64,000 nt of DNA from assembly GCF_009914755.1 (NCBI RefSeq), contig NC_060930.1; one strand, 5' to 3'. The notes under the pieces were generated by a model, which had not been told where the DNA came from, made no database searches, and was given only the letters and a program-made list of their open reading frames with translations. The DNA comes from the human T2T-CHM13v2.0 reference genome, Homo sapiens. Position 1 is the first letter of the stretch. Every line of letters begins with the position of its first letter. A program made the position numbers and the translations under genes. This document shows, in pieces, positions 44,449-55,974 of this stretch.

Positions 44449-45375
44449 TGTAAACAAAAGAATAATAAATATTCTAAACAAAAATAAAATTCTAAGCCCC
44501 CGAACCACTGAATGGACCCCCAACTCTCAGCCGAGGGGATTTCAAAGAAACCTAAAATACTAGTTCAGGCCATGATGGGAAGGGAGGGTCGGACATGCTT
44601 CATTATACTCTCCTCTCTTTGGAATTCAGGCACAACTGACCAGCATTAACATTAAAACAGAGATCTTAAGACTGACAAAACAGACTTTTTGTAGCAATAA
44701 GATAGCAATGTGACAGGAGGCCCTGAAAGAAATCCAAGTATTTTACTTCAAAATATATTTATTTGATACATTTTGAAATGACCTGGCAAAGCTGTCTGTT
44801 GTGAGGAAACTCTCCATTCCGTAGATAATTCTCTCTCCTTTCCAGGTCTTTTCCTGATCCAGGAGATATTCAACTGAGTCTGGCACCGTTTAAGGTCTGA
44901 TAGGAGATATTTACCACCTATTACTCTTTCTGAAGGCTGCTACCAGAAGGCTTCATCTTCATAACAAGAACCTTGGCCTCCACAACCCTCCTTATCTTAA
45001 CCCTAAGCATTTCTGTCTTAACTCCTTAGAAAGAAACTTAACTGTTTCAACCAACTGCCAATCAGAACACCTTTGAATTCAACTATCAGCTGTAAGCCCA
45101 ACACCCTCCTTGAAGTTGTCCTACCTTTCTGGACCAAATGAACATATACGTTACATACACTGATTGATGTCTGCCTATAAATTCTGTCCCCCTAAACTGT
45201 GTAAAATCAAGCTGTAACCCAACCACTGTGTTTGGATACATGTTCTCAGGACCTCCTGAGGCTATGTCATGGGTCATGGTCCTCACATTTGGCTCAGAAT
45301 AAATGTCTTTAAATATTTTACAGAGATTGGCTTTTTTTTCTTTTTTCTTTTTTTTTTTTTTTTTGTTTGTCAACA
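44449..45375 (+). mobile_element. MER4-family ERV1 solo LTR (MER4D-like)
   Basis: TGTAAAC...AAATAAAATTCTAAGCCCCC...CTAGTTCAGGCCATGATGGGAAG...TTTGGCTCAGAATAAAT...GTCAACA. Confidence 0.85.
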
Positions 45376-45904
45376 GCATAGAAACATCCATACTAAACAT
45401 ACCTGGCAGAAGGTCAGTGCATCTCTCCCTTGCTGATGGTTATTCATTCAAACATGAAAGGAGAAAATAACTGGTTTAGTCTTTCTCAGGAACACACACT
45501 CTTTTTTTAGAGTCAGACTATTTTCTTCTTCAATGAGTTAAGTTTTACTAGAGACACTTAGTAGTATATTTGGAAACTTAAAATGTAATAGTAGTACCTC
45601 TTCTTTTCTGATCTTCTGTTTATTCCCTTACCTACCTAAAAAGATCAATCACTTACTAGGATTAACCCAACACTTAGGCTCAATCAACTGCATGAACGTG
45701 TTTGGACTCTCAAAATACTATATTTCCTCAATTTTACAACATACTTTTTTTAAACATTTAAAAATTTCTAATATAATCATTAGTTTAAATTTTTACGTAA
45801 AAAGCCTCAAATGCCAGGGAGTGAAGAGAGGTGGTTCTCATTGCCTGTGCATTTGCAAGCTTAGAAATGTCTAAAGGAAAGGTATCTTTTCATTCTTCCT
45901 CCCA

Positions 45905-46290
45905 ATCCTTTCATTCATCTAACAAACTGTTGTTCACTGAGTGCCTGTTTTGTATCACGTACATTTCTGGGCACAGGGAGTACAGAGTACAATGATAGGC
46001 AAGCATCAATGATAGACTCTCAAAGAGTCTCATTCTAGTAGGGAAAGGTAGATGATAAACAATTGAACTGATAAATAAAGAATTTTCAATTGTGATAAAT
46101 GTTACAAAGAAAGCAAGACAGAAAGATCAGGAAGTGGGGTAAGTCAGGGAGGTTTCTCTGATTAAATAACATGTAAGCAGAAAGCTGAGTGCTGAGCAGT
46201 TGCAAGGGCAGTCCCTGTAGAGAAAACAGTAAGTGCAGGGGCCCTGGGGCAAGCTGGCCTGAGCTCAGCAGAATAAGGGAACATGGAGAC
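45905..46290 (-). mobile_element. L2 LINE fragment
   Basis: TTCATTCATCTAACAAAC...CTCATTCTAGTAGGG...AAGTGCAGGGGCCCTGGGGC. Confidence 0.55.
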
Positions 46291-46600
46291 ACCCTGTTGA
46301 CTCATTTACATGGCTAGCTGAACAAGAAGTTCCATTTAACTTAAATTTGGATTTCTATCTCTTAAACAAAATATCTTTCAAAAGATACATTATGATGCTA
46401 GACTAAAGCTAACAGAGAAAAACGCAGAACTAAAGTCCATTGTTTCTGGTAAAGCAATGGCCCGTTTGGTCCCCATATAGAGATAAAGCTGTTTAAATGC
46501 ATCATGGAAAAATAGGCCCACTCTCATGATGAAAGGCTTATAGGGAGCCAAATTCCTTTCCAAAGCTGTTATTAAACAGAGCATCTTTTTTTTTTTCTTT

Positions 46601-46703
46601 TTAATGGTTGCAGCACACCAACATGGCACAGGTATACATATGTAACAAACCTGCACGTTGTGCACATTTACCCTAGAACTTAAAGTATGATAAAAAAAAA
46701 AAA
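46601..46703 (+). mobile_element. ~100-bp 3' end of a primate L1PA
   Basis: TGCAGCACACCAACATGGCAC...CCTGCACGTTGTGCAC...CCCTAGAACTTAAAGTA plus poly-A; TSD AGAGCATCTT at 46578-46587 and 46709-46718. Confidence 0.93.
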
Positions 46704-48321
46704 TGAAAAGAGCATCTTAAAGGACTATCTCTATTTCCAGCAGACCTTCAAGAGAAGTTTAAAGGAATATGTAATGTTATAGTCAATTCTAAATTACTAA
46801 AAAGGCCAGAAGAGGCAGATTACTGCAAACAGCCTATCTGAGCACTGCAGTACACAATTGTCAAGGATCAAAATCAGCTCAGAGGAATCATAAAACTCCA
46901 AGAAGCCTTCGAATCAAACATGAATGGTGACAGTGAAGAAGAAAGAGAAATGTCATCACATCAATAAACATAGGCTAAGTGAGTAAAGGAAGAAACGTGT
47001 GTACATTTCCTACAATAAGGTTGTTCCCCTCCCAATCTTGTTATTAAATCCATAGTGTGTCTTACAAACATGGACTCTCAGAATCATAGAAATACCACAG
47101 CTCTTTCTCCAGCCTGCTAAAGTGCTTGGAATTTCCACCATTAAGCTCTAGGAAGTTCTGTAAGAACATTTTATCAAGAAATATAACACAGTAACACATC
47201 ACAATCTGTTTGAAAAATGAGCATGATTTATCTTACCAGCCAGTCCCGGGAAACAGGTCTCTGAAAGAATGGAAGCCTTTCAAATTCTTTTTTTATGGAG
47301 ATGGCTGGCAGCCAAAGGAGCAGGATTATAGAGACCCCAAACTAGACTGAAGGGATTGAGGGACAAATGAGAAAGGGGAATGTCAAGGCAAATTTTCACA
47401 ATGGCTTGCACTATTCCAAGTAACAGGAACTAATTTATCTCAGAAACACCGGGCTTACTGCTAAAACCAACACTGCTTTCTAGCTCGTTCCTAATAACAC
47501 CCATTTCTGGGCTTTCTAACATCCTATTTGGTCATTAATAGCAGCCTTCACAGAAACATAAATGAAACTAAGAATTGAATATTTATATTTATGATGTAAA
47601 ATAAAATTACTTTCCCAAGTGTTTCAGCCAAGTGTTGACAGGAAATAAAACAGAATTCACAGGGATAGTGGATTTTCTGACAAGTTTGAGATGTCAGCAT
47701 CGCACGCTTTCAGGCAAAGTGCAACAGAAGGAACTGTACTTGTCATTACACCAACTGCCTCCTTCCCAGTGGAGGGTCTTTGATCCTGGTACTATGACTC
47801 ACTGGGTCACTAAGGACTTCAGTTGTCCCTCCACCATGGTGGGTCTTGGGTTTCTCCATTCAGTCCAGATAACACATGTAAAGGATCTGAGGTCCCTAGA
47901 TAAGAAGCAACATTCAGTAGAATTTGGCATTCATAGGATGATGAAATTTATGACATCATTATCCCAGTTCTCACGGTTATAATCCACAGAAAGCTTCTCT
48001 TTATTCTCAGAACTAGCCCTTGTAGTGGCCTTGAATGTGCAAACGTTACCCTTTAGTAATGTTTGAGGCAGAATTTGAAAATCTGAAACATGATTCAAAG
48101 CTACCCTACAATAACTAAGCTGCCATAGTTACCTAAGGCTGCTTCCCAATATGTTTTCTATGAATCTGCCTTTCCAATAGAGCACAGTGCAGGGAAAAGG
48201 GGAGGGGGCAATTGTACAAAAGACACAAAAGGTCCAGTTTTAGTTTGGCCCATGACTGCCATGCCCTGGAATTCTGTACAGTCTCAGAAAGAGAGTGTCA
48301 CTGATTATTAAAAATACATAA

Positions 48322-48455
48322 TTTCTTCTTTTTTATTTTTTTAATTTTTAGAAACATGGGTCTTACTATGTTGCCCAGGATAGACTCAAACTCCCGGACT
48401 CAAAGGACCCTTCCCTCTCAGCCTCCCGAGTAGCTGGGACTGCAGACGCATGCTA
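48322..48455 (-). mobile_element. Alu monomer (FLAM/AluJ-like)
   Basis: T-rich tail, GGGTCTTACTATGTTGCCCAGG...CTCAGCCTCCCGAGTAGCTGGGACT. Confidence 0.85.
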
Positions 48456-48475
48456 ATTAACAATCAACAACCAGG

Positions 48476-48817
<342 letters not shown>

Positions 48818-51598
48818 TCATGAAATATGTTTGAGCTCAGCAGGGTCTCCTCTCACTTGTCACACGTGGTGCTCTCTTTCATCAGGTTCTTCCTGCTCCC
48901 CCCATCTGGGCAAGCACATCTTTTTTACTGCATGGTACAGGGATACAGGCTGCAAGCACAGTCTCACGGGAACCGTTTAATTCCAAGAGGTCATGTGTGC
49001 TCATTTTACATAGTTCATGACCCATAAACCCCAGCATTGGTGTCAAAATGGCACGTAACTTAGGAACTCTCCAAAAATATTTCACATAATCAGAATTCCT
49101 TTTTCATCTAATAAGGAGACATATTTTTTCTCCTAAGTGTCTACTAAATGTTAATAAATATTCTCTTCTTTAAAGAGTTCTGTCCATCTTGACAAGGCCT
49201 ATAGCTCAAATTAAATCTCCTTCAAGGCTTTTCAGCATTCTATATCTCTTTGGTTTCAACTTATTCAACAAATCTCCCCAAATTGTATTTCTCCTTTTTT
49301 TCATAAGAAGGCATTCCATCTATACTCTCTCCTTCTCTTCTTTTCTTTCCTTCTGATTCACCAAGAAAATTGTCATTGGTCTTGTCCATGTGTTACATAA
49401 TAGAAGGGGAAAAGGCAAGGGTACAGCCCAACACAGCGCTGATTTAGAAGGTGGAAAGGACAGTAAAGACCGCCTGGTGGTGGGAGTGGCAATTCACAAG
49501 CCCAGCAGTAGAATCATGGAAAGTGGAGTTCGAACATAATCCAGGGCTATAGACCACTCCTGCATCTGACTGCTATTACCTTGTCACAAATCCTGGCAGG
49601 CAAGATGACAAAGCAGTTACATCAGGACAGTTGGCAGTGGCAGGTATGAACGTGGCCCCTCAGGCTTGTCACTCCTCTTTACTGCACTCCCAGTTCATGA
49701 CACCAGACAGCAAGACATGAGCCAGATAGGGGCAGTGGAAGCTGCAGGAGGATTGAAGTCATGGAGCCAGAGATGAGAGGAAACAGGCCAACTCTGTTTA
49801 CAAAGGAGCACCAGCAGGAGAGTGGTGTGAGGATTAACATTCCATGCAGGGTCTTTCAGATACATGATCTTCTTCTGCCAGCTCAACTGAAACCCAGGAG
49901 GTTTCCTGAAGGTGAAACCAAGACCCTTCTACCTCTGAAGCCGCATTCTGTCTAAGGTCCGTGTTTGGCTGTTTTGAGAGGCTGGGAGACAGGACACCAA
50001 AAGAGTACCTGTCTCACAGGATCTTTCCTGAGAGGAATGGTCTAGTAAGACTGGTCATTATGGGCTTTGGAGTAACACAGGCTTAATGCCACTGGCGACT
50101 CTGCCCCTTTTGGTTGTGGAAACTGGGCAAATGCCTCAAGCTTCTTAACCTTCATATAAAAAGCATATATAAGCATATAGCAAGTACTTGATAAATGTCA
50201 TTTTAGACCCTGTCATTTCTGCTAGCCCTGGACTCCAGCAAGGTCCATTTACAATGGATAGCTGACTATCCATTGTTTGAATGTTGATAGCACATTTGTG
50301 AACAAGAAGAGAGGACAAATAACAAGAGGTTTGGAACTGGAAGAAATTCCAGCCATCGGTTTTAAAAGACGAGGACCAGTCTTCAGAGAGGCCACTAGTG
50401 ACACTCTGCTCCAAACTTCTTTTTGCCAAAAAAGTGCCACCCTCCATCCAGCCCCCACCCCCATCTCTGCAAGTCCTTACTGGCGAGAGGAGGATACTTT
50501 TCTAATTAAAAACCTGTGATATATGGCCTGACAAGTATTCTTAAATGTAATTAAGGGGACCATAGTACAGAATATTTCCATCCGGTTCTAGTTTAGCCAA
50601 TCTAGTAAATGATCCAAAGGGTCCCGTGCTTAGAGGGCAGTAAGACAGTAAAAACGCCCTAAGACTCCTCCCTGCACAGCACCTGCACCCCCACTGCCCA
50701 GGGGGCTGCATCCATCTCCACATGACTCACCCTCCCTGTGCAACGCATGGGGGTAGGGAGGGAAGCGCCAGTATTATCAGCCATCAGCACCCTGGGGTGA
50801 ACTGATTATCAGGACAACTAAAAACACACCTAATAAAGCCTTGGAGACACATGGCAAGCACCGTGATGGACTAGAAGCGATTTCTAAGCTGAAATGCTGC
50901 TTTGAATGCAATGTCAGCTGGATGCTTGGTGAGCAGAAATAGACAAGGGGAAATGGAGCAAGCGCGGCATAGGGGTGAGTGTTGTTCTGATTCCTAAGTT
51001 TACCTAAGACTGGGGCCACGGGGTCGGGTGTCCCCTGGGACCTACGTCTCATGCAGCCTGGGGTCCAGAGCTGGCAGGAACAATGGAGATGGGGACCAAA
51101 GGCTGTCACCGCTGCTTTTTCTCGAAATGCCCGCCCGGGTCCTGTCTGGGGCTCCCGCCTACGCGCTCATCACGTGCACAGCCCAAACTTTTCAGAGCCG
51201 GCCCGAGGCCTGCGGGCCCGGGCGCCAGGGTGGTTTTTAGGGTTTTCTTTCTTTCTTATTTCCCTTCTTCTTCTCCACAGTTGATGATTTTCTGCAGAAA
51301 AACAACTGCGAAAAAGAACCTATTTCATTTCCAGTTCCCATCACCGCGATTTCCACATGGATGTGACGTGACCCCAGCTTCCGAAATGCCCAGGTGACTC
51401 ACGCGGGGACACCCCGGGGCGGGGCGAGGGAGTTTCTCCGGGCGCCTGCAGGGACCGGGCGGGGCGGGGCAGCGGGGCGGGGCAGGGAAAGGGGGCGGGG
51501 CGGGGCCCGCAGGCCCGGTCGGGCGGAGGCCGCGCGCGCCCCTCGCCCCCTGCGCCCTCTGGCGGCCGGCTGGACGCACTTCGCAGCCCGACCCAGAG

Positions 51599-51610
51599 AG
51601 TCACGTGACT
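51599..51610. promoter_or_regulatory. Palindromic E-box AGTCACGTGACT (USF/MiT-TFE class)
   Basis: Perfect 12-bp palindrome 2 bp upstream of the first kB site. Confidence 0.8.
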
Positions 51611-51612
51611 TT

Positions 51613-51634
51613 GGAAAGTCCCGTGGAAATCCCC
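51613..51634. promoter_or_regulatory. Tandem NF-kB sites of the A20 promoter
   Basis: GGAAAGTCCC (51613-51622; reverse complement GGGACTTTCC) and GGAAATCCCC (51625-51634); two kB sites are an established feature of the A20 promoter. Confidence 0.95.
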
Positions 51635-51679
51635 GGGCCTACAACCCGCATACAACTGAAACGGGGCAAAGCAGACTGC

Positions 51680-51915
51680 GCAGTCTGCAGTCTTCGTGGC
51701 GGGCCAAGCGAGCTTGGAGCCCGCGGGGGCGGAGCGGTGAGAGCGGCCGCCAAGAGAGATCACACCCCCAGCCGACCCTGCCAGCGAGCGAGCCCGACCC
51801 CAGGCGTCCATGGAGCGTCGCCTCCGCCCGGTCCCTGCCCCGACCCCCGCCTGCGGCGCGCTCCTGCCTTGACCAGGACTTGGGACTTTGCGAAAGGATC
51901 GCGGGGCCCGGAGAG
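51680..51915 (+). other. TNFAIP3: TNFAIP3 non-coding exon 1 (TSS approximate; alternative 3' ends at 51939 and 51963)
   Basis: Recognised A20 5'UTR (...GACTTTGCGAAAGGATCGCGGGGCCCGGAGAG), then GTAACC donor; splices to the acceptor at 55630. Confidence 0.85.
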
Positions 51916-51978
51916 GTAACCGCCGCGCCTCCCGGAGAGGTAACCGCCGCGCCTCCCGGAGAGGTAACCGCCGCGCCT
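51907..51978. repeat. 3 x 24-bp perfect tandem repeat CCCGGAGAGGTAACCGCCGCGCCT
   Basis: Copies at 51907-51930, 51931-51954 and 51955-51978. Confidence 0.97.
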
Positions 51979-53734
51979 CCCCGTGCCGTCTGCCTCGGGC
52001 TCACCGCAGTCAAGGGCTGCGGGTGCATGTTGGGCAGCGACCCCCGGGCTGGCACCGTCTACCTGGCGTTGGTTTTGCAGCGCTCCTGGACTGGGAGTTT
52101 GTTGGACGTTTCTGTCTGGGTTTTGAAGTGCTGGGAGTTGAGGTCACTGCTGCAGAGGTTGGAGTGACAGCCCTGGATACCTCCAGCCAGCTGTTCCTTT
52201 CAGATAATGCACGGAACTTAAGCTGCAGCTGACTGGTGAAGAGGCGCCCCTCGGGCCCTCCGATCGGGTGGTCGTTGGCGCTTTGCTCCTTTCGTGTCTT
52301 TTTTGGAGCCAAGCGTTGCATGCTCATGGCCACGTAGACCTTGCAGAAGCGCTGCGGCTTTTTCCCAAATTGTGCAGGACCAGCCCGACGGGGCGTAGGG
52401 TACCGCAGTGGCCGCCAGCCCGGCGGAGGTGGGGGGCTTCAGTCCCAGAGACAGCTTCCCAGACGCTCACGGGTCCTTGCAGGGGGCTGGGGTCCTGGCG
52501 CGGGGTTCAGCTTTTCCAGTAGCAGCAGTGTAAGAGAAGTATGCATGTAGACGTGGGTCGCTGGCCCCTGCTCCAGCCCCTACCCCACGGTTAGACTGTC
52601 TTTGTCAGCTGGAGTCGTCCCACATCCTGCCACCTGGCCTCTCAGAAAAGCAGTGGCATTAAGTAAGGAAGGAGCTTAACTCTTTTTGAGCCCGCTTTGT
52701 TTTCGGTTCTCCTCGCCTCAGATCTTCTTGCCTTGGAAAGCCAGTCTGGTCAAGTGTCTCAGGGTAGCATTTTGGCAGAACCATTGTTAATTAAAGGGAC
52801 TTCTGGACCGCAACCTTAATGTACCAGATTATTGAGCAGCCAATGAATGCTTCATTCTCATTGTTTAAGGTGCTGCTTTGATTTTTTTTTCAATTCTTTG
52901 TACTATTTTTGATTTTTTGGAGAGGCACATCCCCAAATTTGGATGAGGTATTTGTTGATAAATAATTCATCAATTTCCACAATGCAGACAAAAATGTCTG
53001 CCCAGAGTGGAAAAATAAAACAAGGGGGAGAAGAGTTTGAGTAACGGAGAAGTTCTGTGGAATCCTAGTGACAAAAGTTGAGAAACTACCTTTAAATAAG
53101 ACAGTGAGGTAACAAATGTTAAAAAAAAAAAAGTTAAGGGTAATATTGCATTGTTTGCCACTTATAACGTATCTGAAACATTTGTTCTTTAATCTTAAGC
53201 GTAGAGTGGTCCAAGACCTGGAAATCTGGGCAGTGGGTTTTGATTTCTAAGGAGGCAGTTTTACAGGCTGTGCAAGGCTAACCCTACCAATGAGATCACA
53301 CTGGCGTATCCGATATTGACATTTGCATGTCTTGCCTATGGTTTACAGCTCTCACTATTTTAGATCTTTGGTGAAAAATCTTTAGATTCAGAAGAGAAAA
53401 ATAAAAGAGTCAGGCAAGCAAAAAGAGATAACACCTCATTTGTTTAAAATCTTCCTACTGCCCATCTCTTTCCATCTGATTGTGGCAGGCACTGTAGCCA
53501 CAGGTTTGGTGTTGTGGGATTGCAAGGGGCAGGTATTGAAAGACCTGGCTCCTAGGCAAAACTTTGCCCCTGAATGGCTGTGGGATCTGAGCAGTACCTG
53601 TAACTCCATTGCCTTAGCTGCAGACTAAGGTGGTAGTGTAATTTCAGGGAAGGGAATAAGGTCATCTTTGACTTTTAGTCCCATCATCAAGCATGGTGAT
53701 TGGCCTTCAGTAGGTGGTCAGGTAGTGCTTGTTG

Positions 53735-53821
53735 GGTGGATGGGTGGATGGATGGATAGATGGATGGATGGATGGATGGATGGATGGATGGATGGATGGA
53801 CGGACGGACGGACGGATAGAT
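53735..53821. repeat. Compound (GGAT)n(GGAC)n microsatellite in intron 1
   Basis: Seen directly. Confidence 0.95.
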
Positions 53822-54699
53822 GATATTGTGAAAGAGACTTTTGCTGTGCCACAAAGGAAAGGTATATGTGTTATTTTTATCCTGCTATGATTTTGCCCAA
53901 TTCCACCTGTAGAGGACGTCTGACATCAAAAGAGAGCACCATCTGATCCAGAGAATGACTCCCACTATGCCTTTCCCAGCAATCAGATTAAGAATCCCAA
54001 TCTAAAACTATCACCAGAAAACTCCTCAGGAGAAACCATGGGTCATCTAGTCCAACCTCTCTCCTTTGAGTGGGCCACAAGAATTATCTCAACACCTTAT
54101 CAATGGTGTTGAGAGTCTAGACCCACACAGAAGTAGCTACCCTAAAATCTAGGTTTCTTCTCCTCCCTCTTCCATAGGTTTAACATTTTTATTAACTGGA
54201 AAGTTGCCCTGGCAAATAAGATGTTGCAGGAATGGAATTAACAATCACTGTGAAATTTCCTAGGGAATGTCTTTGTGCTCTGAAAACTTCTTCATCTTCT
54301 TGGAAATTAGGAAGTGTGGCCAGACACCCTACTAAGGGCTAGTAAATCACAGCTGGCTTTTTACAGTGTTCCACACTGGAGAGATCCTACATCATGTTAA
54401 TTTGCATCATCCTGCGCTGTTGGCATGGGTTGTAGATGCTGGTCTTTGCCACCTTTCCTCCTTCATTTGCCAGAGTGGCCTCCTGGTGGAAACTTCTTTC
54501 CTTGTCTACTTCTAGATTTTCATTCCTTCTACTAGTTGATTATGCTTAAAGATTTCAGGGTGAAAAGCCAGGCAGACTTGCCTCTGTGTTGGTACCTGGA
54601 GGGTGATGATAAAATTTCATTGGCAGTTGAGTTAAAATGATTGAGCTCCAATATCTGTTCTTAGAAGTATAGAATTTATTGTTCTATTATTATTTTGCG

Positions 54700-54839
54700 G
54701 TTTTTCATTTTTTGTTTTCGTAGAGACCTAGGTCTCACCGTGTTGCCCAGGCTAGTCTCAAACTCCTGAGCTTAAGTGATCCTCCTCCCTCGACCTCCCA
54801 AAGTGCCAGGATTAAAGGCATGAGCCACCATGCCTAGCC
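54700..54839 (-). mobile_element. Alu left monomer (FLAM-C-like) in intron 1
   Basis: GTAGAGACCTAGGTCTCACCGTGTTGCCCAGGCTAG...GAGCCACCATGCCTAGCC. Confidence 0.85.
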
Positions 54840-55584
54840 TATTGTTAGTCTGTTTCTTATTCTGATATGAAGTCCGGTGCGGAGGTTCTGAAGGAATGCT
54901 GACTGCTCTTAAAATTGCAAAGCATCTTGCTGGAAATGGACTTTTTTATTGATTAGAAAACATTCGGTTTTAACTCTTTATAAACATCAGAATAAACTTC
55001 ATGATTAAACACTTTATAAATACTTCTCTTTGGGGCTAAAGAGGAAACACCAACCAGCAGCCTAAGTGACAGCATAAAATTGCAAGATTTTTCATAAAGT
55101 ATTTTACTGTCCTTCCAGCATAGGGAGGGAGTGATAACTCAAGAGTTTGCCCAAGAGCAGGAGTGCTTGGTGGTGGTCTGAGGGGAGGAGCTACAGACTT
55201 GTCAGGGCTACTTTGAGCCCTTAACTGGCATCCAGTACTCCCCAAATCCAGTGCTGTTCAGGGTGGCCTCAGAATGAAACGGGAGCTTAAGTTGGTTTTG
55301 AGGAGCAGTACCTGTTGCTGACAGACAGGGTTGGCTCCCTGACAAACATTACTGAAAACACGGGTTATTCCCCTCCTCCTCAGTACCCACTCTCTGCCTT
55401 CCTTCTCTTGTTTAGGCTAATCTTTTAAAGTGATGTAACTTAAAACAGTCCAGTGTGAGTTAATCTCTGGGGCCAGCTAGTATCCCGGGAGTAGAGGTGC
55501 TAAGATCTTTTGCCTACAGATCAGGGTAATGACAAGATCAAACACTGGGGTTTCCTGCAGGCAGCTATAGAGGAGTCGTATTAA

Positions 55585-55974
<390 letters not shown>

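Larger units (their letters stand above)
51020..52560. promoter_or_regulatory. TNFAIP3: CpG island / TNFAIP3-WAKMAR2 promoter region
   Basis: Abrupt rise in GC and CpG; E-box CACGTG 51171-51176, CRE-like TGACGTGA 51364-51371, AP-1 TGACTCA 51395-51401, GGGCGG boxes 51415-51530. Confidence 0.9.

Noticed and set aside
51907-51978. 24-bp direct repeats as a CRISPR-like array
   Set aside because: No spacers, no cas genes, human DNA; a plain tandem repeat
51341-52232. 257-aa and overlapping Arg/Pro/Gly-rich ORFs across the promoter
   Set aside because: Stop-poor CpG island, mostly non-ATG starts, low-complexity products
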